Assembly (NCBI GenBank): GCA_033442325.1
Contig: JAWQFM010000005.1
Coordinates: forward strand, 2,211,772 to 2,275,771
Reading direction: 5' to 3'
DNA: 64,000 nt
DNA from: Salpingoeca rosetta
Taxonomy: Eukaryota > Protista > Choanoflagellata
Numbering within the stretch: the first letter of the stretch is position 1; each line of letters begins with the position of its first letter. A program made the translations under genes and the position numbers. The notes beneath the pieces were generated by a model. It saw nothing but the letters and a program-made list of their open reading frames with translations. It had not been told where the DNA came from and made no database searches. Below are positions 1-13,200 of this stretch, piece by piece.

Positions 1-132
1 CTTTGCTGCTGTTTGCTTGTTTGTCGGTGCTTGAGACGATGTCATCTGCACATGTACACACGCGCACACGCACTCACCTCATACCACCACCATTACCACC
101 CCATTGTATGGATGTGTGTGCTTGTGTGGCAG

Positions 133-2149
133 GCGTGTGCGACGGGCCACTACAGCGAGCCTGGGTCTGACGGGTGCACGGCGTGCCCTGCAGGGACGTA
201 CTGCCCAACGCAGGAGGGCCCGCAGCGGCGGCCGACGGCGTGTGCAGAGGGGACGTATGCGGATGCGGAGGCGCAGACGTCGTGCACGCTGTGCCCTGCT
301 GGGTATGCGTGCTACGATGCGAGTGTTGCGCCTGTTGGGTGCGCTGCTGGGACGTACAGCGGGGAGGGCGCGACCAACTGCACCACATGCCCTACCGGGC
401 ACTATTGTGCGTTCATGTCGACAACCCCTCGCCGCTGCGCTGCTGGCACCTACGCGCACGAAGGCCAGGGTGAATGCACCGCTTGCGTTGCTGGTCAGTA
501 TTCGCTTGCGGGAGCGTCGTCATGCAAAACGTGTGCCTCTGGATACTACACCACCAGCAACAGCTCTTCCACATGCAGTATCTGTCCGACTGGCTATGCT
601 TGTGGGGATCCATCCTCTTCCCCGGTGGAGTGCCCTTCCAACAGCTTCGCCCCTGCTGGCTCCACGGTGTGCCAGTCGTGCCCCGACGGCTACTCCTGCA
701 ACGGCGACAGCTTGGACCTCTGCCCGCTCGGCCAGTACTCGAATGGCGGCACGTGTGAGGACTGCCCTGCCGGAAACTATTGCCCGAACCCCTTGTCGCA
801 GCCCATCCAGTGCCCATCTGGGCGCTATGCGAACGAAACTGGCCGCTCGAGCTGCCTGCCGTGCCCAAAGGGCCACTCCTGCTACAACCCTGCCCATGCC
901 CCAACGGCGTGTGCTGCGGGCACGTACAGCATCGCTGGCGCCATTGGCTGCGATGCATGTTCATCCGGCACATTCTCCAGCGAAGGCGCCGACCACTGTT
1001 CTCCATGCAGTCTTGGCTACACCTGCGCCGACCCATCCTCGCCCCAGCCCTGCCCTGCTGGCACGTACTCCACCTCTGACGGTGTTTGCAGGGACTGCGA
1101 TGTTGGCTCGTACAGCCCGGCTGGCTCGCACGCGTGCTTCCCATGCCCGCCCGGGTATGCATGTGGCGATCCTGGCAGCCCAACGCTGTGCTCCAACGGC
1201 ACCTGGTCGCCCGGCGGTGACGTGAGCGTGTGTGAGACGTGCGTTGCCGGGTACAAGTGCGTCTCCGGCATGCAGCCGGTCGCTTGTCGGTCTGGCACGT
1301 ACTCGACCAGTGGCGCTTCCACTTGTGAGCCGTGCCCCGTCAACCACAAGTGCACGGCCACAAACGTTGTGCCCGAAGCCTGCGATGACGGCGACTATTC
1401 CCCTGCGGGAACCACGTTCTGCTCGTCGTGCCCTGCTGGCTACGCGTGCGACACGGGCGAGCCTGTGGCCTGTGGTGACGGGTGGTATTCCCTTGATGGC
1501 GAGATGATGTGCACTTCCTGCCCTGCTGGGTCGTCGTGCCCCGTTCCCGAGGTTGCGCCTGTGGCTTGCGGCTCGGGCTACTACGCGCTTGGCGGCAACA
1601 CGACATGCTCCCTGTGCCCTGCTGGGTTCCAATGCCTGCAGGCAAGCACGCCGGTTGCCTGTGCTGGTGGATTCTACTCTCGAGCTGGCTCGATCCGCTG
1701 CTCGGAATGCCCACCTGGTTATGCGTGCCCAACGCCCTCCGATACGCCAGTTGTCTGCTCGCCTGGCTCGTACAGTGTTGGGCAGCAGCAATCCTGCACC
1801 AACTGCACCGCTGGCTTTGCTTGCCCCTCCATCACAGACCCCGCGGCGGCCGTGTCCTGCAAGGCGGGCACGTTCTCGGGATCTGGCGCCGAGCTGTGCA
1901 GCATCTGCCCCGCTGGCATGTATTGTTCTGCTACAAACACGGCGGATGGCGACCAGCTGGCCTGCCCGGCCGGCAGCTTTTCCGTAGGCGGCCAGGCCAC
2001 ATGCACGGTATGAGTCGCCCACATGCTGGGCTGATTTAGTGGTTTGTTGTTTGTTTCATTGTTGTGTCCGCGGATGCGATTGGGTGTGTATGTGCGTGGG
2101 CTTTGCTCATGCCCGTTCTTTTGCAGCTCACGCTCGGCTCCGACTCATC

Positions 2150-2193
<44 letters not shown>

Positions 2194-3218
2194 TACATAC
2201 GCATGCACACATGCACACACATACACATACACACACAAATGCACACACATGCACACACACAAATACATACGCATGCACACAAACACACACACACATACAC
2301 AAACACAAACAAATACACTCACACCTCATTTCCTTGTCCCTCTCCCTCCTGTGTGCATGTATGCTTTGCTTCATAGCAATGCCCAGCTGGATGGGCGTGC
2401 CCTGCTGTTGATGGCAGCCAGAACTTCCCGTGCCTGCCCGGCACGTTTTCTGGGCCGAATGCGACCATGTGCACCGACTGCGCTGCTGGTGAGGCCTGCC
2501 CCGTGCCAACAACGGACAGCAGCATCACGTGTGCACCAGGCACTTATGCGGTTGCGGGCTCCACGTACTGTACAACCTGTCCCAAGGGCAAGGCGTGCAA
2601 GGACACAGCCACGGACGCCACGCAGGACTGCCCGGCAGGCTCATACTCGGTTGGCGGGCAAGTCAACTGCACAGAATGCCGTGCCGGGTTTGCGTGCCCT
2701 TCTATCTACGACGACCTGCAGATCACATGCGGGTCTGGGTTTTACTCTCTGGCCGGACAGACAGAGTGCACGGTAAGGTTCTTGCGGTCACTTGTCGTCG
2801 AGTCTGAAAGTCTTTGTGGTACACTGTTCGGTTTTATGCCGCGACATGGATTGGTTTTCCTGTTCCCAACGCTTTTTTTTTTTCTGTTCACGCTGCTCGT
2901 GCATCACCACCTCACCTCGCACCTGTGCTGTGGCGAACACGTCTCAGGGCTGCCCTGCCGGAAGCTACTGCCCCAACACAGCCTCAGAGCCCATCGCTTG
3001 TCCACCTGGATCGTACAGCGCAGCACATAGCACAGAGTGCACGGTGCGTCTGTGGTTCTTTGTCTTGTGTTTTTTTTTTTTGGGGGGGGTTCGAGGCAAC
3101 GTTTCGCAGTGCGTGCTAGTTCTTAATTGGGGGTTTGTTGTTGTTGTTTAAGTTGTTTAAGTTGTTGTTGTTGTTTAAGTTGTTTAAGTTGTTGTTGTTG
3201 TTTAAGTTGTTGTTTAAG

Positions 3219-3264
<46 letters not shown>

Positions 3265-3266
3265 AG

Positions 3267-3332
<66 letters not shown>

Positions 3333-3939
3333 GTTCAAGAAGGATGTAGAGCATGGCGATGGTATGCGGTGCTTCACCGTGGCCGCCGTGACACCCCATC
3401 GTTGCTTGATGTGCTGTGAATGCACTGCCTCACGGTGTTGTTTGCGAATGTACGTCTGACACAACTGAACAGGTGTGCCCTGCTGGGTACGAGTGTTCCA
3501 ATGCGGCCATCGCCCCTGTGGTGTGCGCTGCTGGCACATACAGCGTCGCCAACTCAACAGCGTGTCTGCAGTGCAACGCCGGGTATGCGTGCCCGTCAGG
3601 GTCACAGAACGCCAACGACACACGCTACCTGTGCCCTGCCGGCTCCTACTGCCCGGATGGCCTGAATGTTGTCGTGTGCCCGCAGTACACATACATGCCG
3701 ACGCAGGGTGCCGCCAGCGTGGACGACTGTCTTCGCTGTCCACCTGGCTACTACTGCCCAGCAGGCACTGGCGTGCTGAGCTCCAACGACCTCTGCCCAG
3801 AGGGCTACTACTGCAACGTGAGTGGGCTTTTGTTTCTGTTGTTTGGGGGGCCGTGCATGCACAATTGCTTGTTGCGCGAGACCTCGGCGAGTAAGAACAA
3901 ACACTCTCGTTCCCCCACTGTTCTTACCTACACACACAC

Positions 3940-3997
<58 letters not shown>

Positions 3998-6900
3998 ATG
4001 CACGCATTCACACATGCATTTACACGCGTTTACACACATCCACACACACACACGCACGCACACGCACAGGCTTCGTTTGTTCCCTGCCCAGCGACCACGT
4101 ACAACGACCGGCGTGGCATCTCGCTGGTGTCGCAGTGCAAGCTGTGTCCAAGCGGGCACTACTGCGACGCCGGCAGCAGCTCGCCACTGCTGTGCCCGCG
4201 CGGCAGCTACTGCGAGCCTGGCGTGTCGGTGCCAACGGACTGCGCTGTGGGCTCCTTCAACAACGAGACTGGCGCCGAGGACTCGTCGTTCTGTCAAACG
4301 TGCATTGAGGGCCACTACTGCGTGGAAGGGTCCACCGTGCCCGAGCCGTGCCCAGCCGGCACGTACCAGTCGTACACGGGCCGCGGCGCGGATACGGATT
4401 GCTTGGAGTGCTGGGCAGGGCACACGTGCCCCTCCACGGGCACGGTGACGCCAACAGAAGGATGCGCCACTGGCCACTACTGCCCACTCGGCACGTCTGT
4501 GTCCACGCAGAACCCTTGCCCTGCAGGCACATACTTCAACTTCCACAACGCCACGACCGAGGACGACTGCATGCCGTGTCCTGCGAGCAAGGCGTGCTAC
4601 TCTGGGACAGGCGGCACGGACCAAGTGCCTGTGTCGTGCGCTGCCGGCCACTACTGCCCAGAGGGCACCCGCTACCCAACTGAGTTTGACTGCCCCGCAG
4701 GCACGTATTCGACGTTGACCAACCTCAAGGACGCCGACGAGTGCACGGAGTGTCCCAAGGGGTCGTACTGCACGGGTGGTGACTCAGCCGTGTCCAACAC
4801 CTGCCCACAGGGGTACTACTGCCCCGCGGGCACGCAGTACAGCACGCAGTTTGCCTGCCCTGCTGGCACGTACGGCGCTGCCACGGGGCTGGTGCGTGTG
4901 GAGGACTGCCTTGTGTGCCCAGAGGGTCACTACTGCCCAGCAGCGTCCACAGACCCGCAAACAGACACGCCGTGCCCGGCCGGCACGTACTCGTCACAGG
5001 AGGGCCTGCAGCTTGAGTCACAGTGCACCACCTGTGATGCTGGGTACGAGTGCCCGGCCACGGGCATGACCGAGCCAACCATCTGCGAGCCATCCACGTA
5101 CAGCGCAGCTGGTGCCCAGGCCTGCCAGGTGTGTGTGTGTGTTTGTGTGTCTGTGTGTTTGTGTGTGTGTGTGTCTGTGTCTGTGTCTGTGCGTGTGTAC
5201 ACTCTGTAAGGATGTGTGTGCGTGTGTATATCCTGGAAGGATGTGTGTGTGTGAATGTGTGTACGTATGTGTGTGCCTGTTTCGGTGATTGCTTCTGTGT
5301 TTGCGTGTGTTTCATGTGTGTTTCTAGATCTGTGTGTTCAGTGTGTTCAGTGTGTTTCATGTGTGCGCGTGGATGGAGAGCTGTTGTGCGTTGTGCTTCG
5401 ACGAGTAGCTCACGTTTGCCACTTATTTCTTGCTCATGCCGCGATGCGCGTTGTGTTACCTACTGGTTTTGTTTTTTCAGACGTGCTTGGCTGGGTACTA
5501 CTGCCCGCTGAATGGCACAACCGAGACAATCATGCTATCGGAGCACGTGTGCCCTGCTGGCGTCACGTGCGAGGCTGGCCGCGACCATGCCCCTGATTTG
5601 GTGGACGACGCGTGCCCGGCCGGCTACTACTGCCTTGCTGGTGACATCAACAGTTCGCCCCAGCCCTGCCCAGCAGGGACTTACCTCCCCTTCACTGGCG
5701 CTGAGGACTCCGATCACTGCATCGCTTGTCCGCGAGGTGTGTATTCTGACTGCATGCTTCGGTTGTTCTCGTGTATTATGACTTCTGCTTCCCAGGTTGT
5801 GCGTGCGTGCGTCTTGTGTTGCGTGTGTGTATGTGTGGTTGTGCATTACGTCGTCGCTTTCTTGCTCTAACGCACACGCACGCTCTGCTTCGTGCTTGCA
5901 ACAAAGCAGCAAAGCAACAAACCCTCTGCTCATCCTTTGTGAATCTTGCGTCAACTTCTTCCCTTCAATTCTCTTACACACACGCACACGCACCCGCACA
6001 CGCACACCTTACTCTCCCTCTCGTTTTCAACGCTGACACGCCCCCTTGCACACCTCTCGCTGAATGTTCAGGCATGTACTGCAACGACACGGCGCTGTCG
6101 GCGCCTGTTGGCGACTGCCCTGCTGGTTACTTCTGCGAGGAAGGCACGGCTGACCCGCACACGGACCCGTGTCCCATTGCCTTCTACCTGGCCTACACGG
6201 GTGCGGAGTCGAGCAGCGACTGTGCCGTGTGTCCTGCGGGCTACTACTGCCCAACCCAGGCCACGGTGACCCCAATCGTGTGCCCGGCTGGCCGTTACTG
6301 CCCCACCAACTCGGACCAGCCGTCCAGCTGCCCGCTGGGCACGTACTCCAACAGCACGGGCCTACGGCTGAGCTCCAGCTGCTTGTCGTGCCCGCCCGGC
6401 CGCTACTGCAGCGACATGGGTCTCACGGAGCCGTCGGGCCTGTGCGAGGCCGGCTTCTATTGCATTGCCCGCGCACGTTCATCTGCCCCAACCGACGGCG
6501 TTACCGGTGACCTCTGTCCCACAGGTACGTGTGTTTGTGTGTCCCTTGTGCGCTTGCGTGATGTGTCGGTCAGTGTGCGTTTGTTTCGTCCTTTGGTTTG
6601 ACATCGTGATAACGTCACGCGTGTGCATGTGTGTGTGTTTGCGTGTGTGCGGGCGTGCATGTGCACGCGTGTGTACGTGCGTGTACGTGTGTGTGTGTGT
6701 GTTTGCGTGCATGTGCATGTGTGTGTGTGTTCGCTGCTGTCTTGTTCTTACCTGTCTCTTCTCACCCCTTGCTTCCTGAGCTTACTCTTTGCCGCTTGTT
6801 TTGTTCGCTGCCACCTCTGACCAGGCGGCTACTGTGAGCTTGGTTCCATCCAGCCCGTATCATGCCCAGCAGGCACATACAGCAACACCTCTGGTGCTCT

Positions 6901-7178
6901 CGATGCCAGCTATTGTGTCGACTGTCCAGCCGGCTACTATTGCGAAGGCAGCAACAAGCCCGAGCCGACAGGTTAGCCCCATCGTGCTCGAACTGTTGCA
7001 GTGTGCCATTGTTTGGGTGTACCACATCATCCTTGTCCCAATGCCTCGCTTGCCTCCTGTCTGCGTTCTCACTTGCCGTCTCTGCGTTCTCGCTTACTTT
7101 CTGTCCCTTGCGACTTTCACCATGCACGTTCACCCTCGTTCCACTGTTCCGCCCTCACCCTCGCTCACCCCCCCCCCC

Positions 7179-7276
<98 letters not shown>

Positions 7277-10200
7277 ACACATACACACATGCACACACAC
7301 ACTCTCTCTCGTTGCTGTGTTTCATCGCCTCCTCACCGCGGTCACAGGTGAATGCTACGCTGGGTACTACTGTACTGGCGGTGCGACTGTGGCGACACAG
7401 TTCCCCACCACTCCCGGCCACTACACCAAGGCCGGCAGCCCGCACCAGACACCGTGCGAGCCTGGCACGTTCCAGCCCAGCGCACAAGCCTCGTCCTGCC
7501 TACCGTGCTTGGAAGGCTTCGTCTGTCCCAGCAATGGTACAACGACGCCAACACCGTGCCCCGCTGGCGGCTATTGCCCCGAAGGCTCGCACACCAAGCA
7601 GCCCTGCCCAGCCGGCACGTATGCGCCCACAGGCGGCTTGAAGAACGTGACCGAGTGCACGCCGTGCCCCGTGGGCCAGTACTGTGAGACAACGGGCCTC
7701 TCCGCTCCGACGGGCGACTGCCTTGCCGGCTACTACTGCGATGGCGGCAGCGTGACGTCCGTGCCCATGCTGGCCATTGAGGGTGGCGGGCTGTGCCCAC
7801 AAGGCTACTACTGCCCCGCAGGCACCCGGCACCAGTTTGAGTCGCCCTGCCCGCGCGGCACGTTCAACAACCAGACGGGCCTGCAGTCGTCAGTGGGCTG
7901 CACCCCATGCACCCCTGGCTTCTACTGCGAGACAGTGGGCCTGCGAGAGCCAACTGCACCATGCAACGAAGGCCACTACTGCCTTGAAGGCCTTGACCTG
8001 CCAAACCCGTCGGATGCTACGTCGCACCTTGGCGACGGCGACGTGTGCCCCCAGGGCCACGCCTGCCCGCTCGGCACGGCCTTCCCTGTGGCCTGCGACA
8101 ACGGCACATTCACCAACCACACGGGCGCAGCCGCGTGTTATACGTGCCCTGCTGGCTACCAGTGCACGCGCAGGCTGCCGTTCCTCAGCACGCCGGGAGG
8201 TGTGTACGATGTGGACGAGTGCCGCACGGGCCACTGGTGCCCAAGCGGCACCGGCATTGACGCCGTTCCATGCCCAGCGGGTACATACAGCAGCAACACG
8301 GGCCTACGATCTGCGGGCGACTGCACGCCGTGCGACCCCGGCTACTACTGCTCCCTCACCGGCGCGGAGTCCCTCGTCGATGCCGGCGGCGGCCTGTGCG
8401 ACGCCGGGTACTACTGCGCGGCGGGCGTGGATGTCCCCGCGCCACAGGCCGAGTTCTCTGGCGTTGGCGGCCCGTGCCCCGCAGGCTACTTCTGCCCGCA
8501 GGGCACATCCACGCCGCAGGCCTGCCCTGCTGGCACGTTCTCCAACACCACGCACCTGACCTCGGTCAACGAGTGCATTGACTGCCTGCCTGGCATGTAC
8601 TGTGGCAGCGAGCACCTCACGGAGCCAACGGGTCCCTGCGATGCGGGCTGGTACTGCACGCTTGGCGCGGACACGGCTCAGCCCACCAGCGCCTCGGGGA
8701 CGGGCGCCATCTGCCCCACGGGCAGCTACTGCCCGAGCGGCACGTCCTCGCCATTCGACTGCCCAGCGGGTTCATACAACCCGATTGAGGGGCAGGCCGC
8801 GTGCTTTGCGTGCCCCTCTGGCTACTACTGCCCCGCAGGCACCTCTGCGTTTGCCGGCTACCCGTGTCCCGAGGGCCACTACTGCCCGCAGAACACCACG
8901 TTTGCCACGGAGTATGAGTGCCCGCCCGGGACATTCAACAATGTCACGGGCGCTGAGGCCGTGGAAGACTGCATCCCGTGTCCCCCTGGCTACTACTGCG
9001 AGCAGTTTGGCCTGTCACAGCCAACGGGGCCTTGCGACGAGGGCTGGTACTGCCAGCAGGGCGCCTCCACCGCCCGCCCCGCCATCAACTCAACCGACCC
9101 CTCCGTGTGTCCGTTTATCGGCCTTGGCGGCCGCTGCCCTCGCGGCTACTTCTGCCCCACCGCCTCCTTCACACCCACGCCGTGCGAGCCGGGGCGTGCG
9201 TGCACGAGCGAGGGTCTGGCCGCCAGCGACGAGGAGTGTGCGCCCGGCTTCCTGTGCTACGGCGCTGCCCTCACCGCCATGCCCACGGATGGCGTGACTG
9301 GGGAAGTCTGTCCCGCGGGCTACTACTGCCCTGCCGGCAGCTCCACCCCGATTGCCTGCGCGGCGGGGACCTTTTCCAACGTGACCATGGCCACCAACGT
9401 GAGCGCGTGCCTGCCTTGCCCAATCGGCCACGCGTGCGTGAGCCAGGCCACCACGGACCCCGAGCCCTGCGCCGCGGGCTACTACTGCAACGAGGAAGGC
9501 CAAACAAGCACGACGCCGGGCTCAAAGCTGTGCCCGCCCGGGTATTACTGCCCCGAAGGCACGCCCGACCGCGTCTCGTGCCCGTCTGGCAGCTACCAGG
9601 ACGAGGACGGCCAGGCAGACTGCAAGCAGTGCCCGGCAAGCTACGTGTGCAACGCCACCGTTGCGCCCGTCACCAACCCGTACCTGGTGGCGTGCCCCGC
9701 TGGCTACTACTGCCCCGCCGGCACGCGCTTCGAGCAGGAGTACCCGTGTCCGGCTGGCACGTTCAGCAACGCCCTCGGCTTGGACGAGGAGAGCGACTGC
9801 ACGCCATGCACAGCCGGCATGTACTGCGAGGAGGCCCACCTCACCGCGCCGACTGGGCCCTGCGACGCAGGCTTCTATTGCACAGGCGGCGCAAGCTCAG
9901 CGCAGCCCACAAACGGCACCACGGGCGACGAGTGCCCCGTGGGCTCGTACTGCCCTGCCGGCAGCGAGATACCGGTGGCCTGCCCGGAAGGGAGCGCCAC
10001 CACAGAGACGAGGCAGTCCCGTGTGGACGACTGCGAGCTGTGTGGCCCTGGCCAGTACTGCGTGCAGGGGCAGCCGGCCGTTGACTGCGACCCCGGCTTT
10101 GTGTGCAAGCAAGGCGCGACCGTGCCAGACCCGGTTGCGTTTGCGTTCAACGACGAGCTGAACCAGACCACGGGCGGGTACATCTGCCCCGCGGGGCACT

Positions 10201-13200
10201 ACTGCCCAGGTGGCACGGGCGCAGAGCTGCTGTGCCTGCTGCACACGTACCAGCCAAGCCCTGGCCAGAGCGCGTGCCTGCCTTGCCCTGCCGGGCAGCA
10301 GTGCCTGACGCTCGGCCTCTCCGACACGGAGGACTGCGACATTGGCTACTACTGCGAGGAAGGCGTGGCGCCGCAACCGTGCCCGGGTGGCACGTACGGC
10401 GCCGGCGATGGCCTGCGCAGCAGCGGCGAGTGCACGACGTGCCCTGCCGGACACTACTGCAGTGGTCTCGGCGAATCTGCGCCCACGGGCGAGTGTGCCG
10501 CGGGCTACCTGTGCCCGCAGGGGCAGAGCACGGCCACGCCGGCTGCCCACAAGTGCCCGGCCGGCAGCTACTGCGAGCAGGGGGCCATCACGGAGACCAA
10601 GTGCCCTGCTGGCCGCTTCCGCGCCAACGAGCAGGGCGAGGGCCTGGACGACTGCGACCTGTGCACGCCTGGGTACTACTGCGACCGCACGGGGCTCACG
10701 GCGCCAACAAACCCCTGCGCTGCGGGCTACTACTGCCCCTCGGGTGTGGAGAATGCCCTGGCAACGCCGTCCAACTACCAGTGCCCGCGCGGCTCGTACT
10801 GCCCGCAAGGGTCGCCGAGCCCGACCCAGTGCCCCGATGGGACGTACCAGGACCAGCTGCGCCAGTCAACGTGCAAGCTGTGCCCCGCCGGCTACTACTG
10901 CAACAATGGCGCGGAGGAGCCCGTCATCTGCCCCGCAGAGCACTACTGCCCCGCCAACTCGTCGCTGCCCACCGTATGCCCGGACGGCACGTACAACGAG
11001 GGCGAGGGCCTGACTGGCGCGGAGAGCTCCCCGTACGAGTGCCCGCCGTGCCCTGGCGGAAAGTACTGCACCCAGGGGCGCATCACGGGCGACTGCGTTG
11101 CCGGGTACGTGTGCGTGTCCGCGAGCCCAAGCCCAACGCCAGACCTTGAGGACGGCACCGCCCGCCTCTGTGACGCGGGCCACTACTGCCCGGCCGGCAC
11201 CATCAACCCCACGCCGTGCCCCGCGCGCACGTACCGGGACACCTCTGGCGCGGAGCAGCTGAGCCAGTGCGCGAGCTGCCCTGCCGGCTTCACGTGCGGC
11301 AGCGCCACGGTGACCCCGGAGCCGTGCCCAACGGGCTACTACTGCCTCGAGGGCGACGACCCAACGCCGTGCCCTGTCGGCACGTACAACAACGCAACTG
11401 GCGCAGAGGATGCGCTGGACTGCATCGAGTGTCCCGCGGGCTACATCTGCGAGACAAGCGGCACGTCCACGTACGAGCTCTTCTCCTGCATCCCAGATCA
11501 CTACTGCCCCCAGGGCGTGGACAGCCCCATCCCCTGCGCAGACGGCTCACGCTTCAGCGGCACTGGCCTCGGCTCTGAGGACGGCTGCACGCTGTGCCCG
11601 GGCGGGTTCCGCTGCCCCGGCCTCGATGCCAACGACCGCATGAAGCTCATCCCCTGCACCGCCGGCACCTACTGCCCCGCTGGCGCCACGGAGGCCACGA
11701 CCTGCCCCGGCGGATACTACTGCCCCTCGCAGGCGTCCGCCCCCGTCATCTGCCCTGGGTCGCACTACTGCCCCGCCGGCAGCACCGATCCCACGGCGTG
11801 TGTCGCCTCGTACTACTGCCCCGAGGGCAGTTCGTCGCAGCGGCAGTGCCCTTACGGCTACCGCGGCAACTCGCAGGCGGTGGTTGACGCAAACGACCTG
11901 GCAACAGTGTCCACGGCCTGCGAGGCGTGTCCCGCGGGGACGTACGCGTACCTGGACGATGACGACCTGGTGCAGTGCGGCAACTGCCCGACGGGCTACT
12001 TCTGCCCGCTCGCCGCTGGCGTGGACGCAACAATGGCGCAGGTGGACTGCAACACCAACTCCCCCACGTACGTGTACGGCGACATTGACCAGAGCGACCT
12101 GACGCTGCAGTCGTCCTACTACTGCGAGTGCCCTGTTGGCCATTACTGCCCCAACAACACTGCGCTGCCGGTGGCCTGCCCCGCAGGCACGTACAACGAC
12201 GCAGCTGGCAGCACCTCCCTGGACGCCTGCAAGCCGTGCCCGGCCAATACGTACAACCCGGAGACGGCGCAGGCTGCCTGCCTGCCGTGCGGGTCCAGCG
12301 CGTACTCCGCAGCCGGTGCCACATCGTGCATCTGCTACGGCAACAACCGCATCTTCTCCCGCGGTGACGGCGAGTGCACGTGCCGGTCTGGCTTTGTGTT
12401 CTTCGACGAGACTGGGAAGGAGGTGAGCGAGGGCGACAGCCGGGAGTCGTGCCAGCCGGAGACGCTCGCGCCCTGCGCCACCAACCAGGTGCTGTTTGGG
12501 AACCGCATCTGCGTCAACCCCAACAACCGCGCTGCAGTGCAGTCCGTGTGCGCCGAGGAGTGCCGGGGTGCCACCAACGTGAAGAGCATCAACGCCAACC
12601 TGGGCGTGTGCGAGTGCACGCAGTACGCGCTGGTGGAGGAGGTCTGCAACACCACGTGCAAGGCCCTGCAGTCGTCTCTCAAGTGCGCCAATGACGGCAC
12701 CTACCAGCTCATCGACTCCCTGGGAACCGTCGCCTACGTGTTCAGCGAGTGCGCTGGCTTGCGCGGCACGTGTGCACCCGGAGCACGCATCACACCGACG
12801 GCATTGGATGTCGTTGGTAATGATACCGTCGTGGTTGGCGTCTTTGCTGACGACACGTACTGGTTCAACCTGTGTGGTGTTTCCCTCGAGGCTCGACGCC
12901 GCCGCAGCAGCAGCGACAGCAACAGCGGCGACAACGCCACGGTCACTGCTGAAAAGCTCACTGCTGGCGGCGTTGATGCTGGTGCTGGTGTTGGTGTTGG
13001 TGTTGGTGGAGAGAGTTTCGCCCCTGCTTCTGCTCCTGGGGCTGCCGCGTTTGCTGCGGTGGGGGCGGCGAGGCGAGTGCGTCGTGCCGATGGCAGCGGA
13101 GGTGTGTCCACCACCGCCGGCAGCCCGGCCATGCCAAACCCGCTCATCTGCATTGAAGCAGGTCAGGCGGTGACGTTCTCGCTGAGCCGCGACACGGAGC

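Noticed and set aside
3133-3335. Regularly interspaced TTTAAGTTGTTG units as a CRISPR or telomeric array
   Set aside because: No unique spacers, no cas genes and not TTAGGG; an interrupted microsatellite in an intron.
6789-7347. N-terminal ~185 aa of the 3723-aa ORF (hydrophobic stretch, SLSLSL) as the true start or signal
   Set aside because: It is an out-of-frame read of exon 6825-6971 plus intron 6972-7347 with a (CT)n repeat; the Cys-repeat exons continue upstream.
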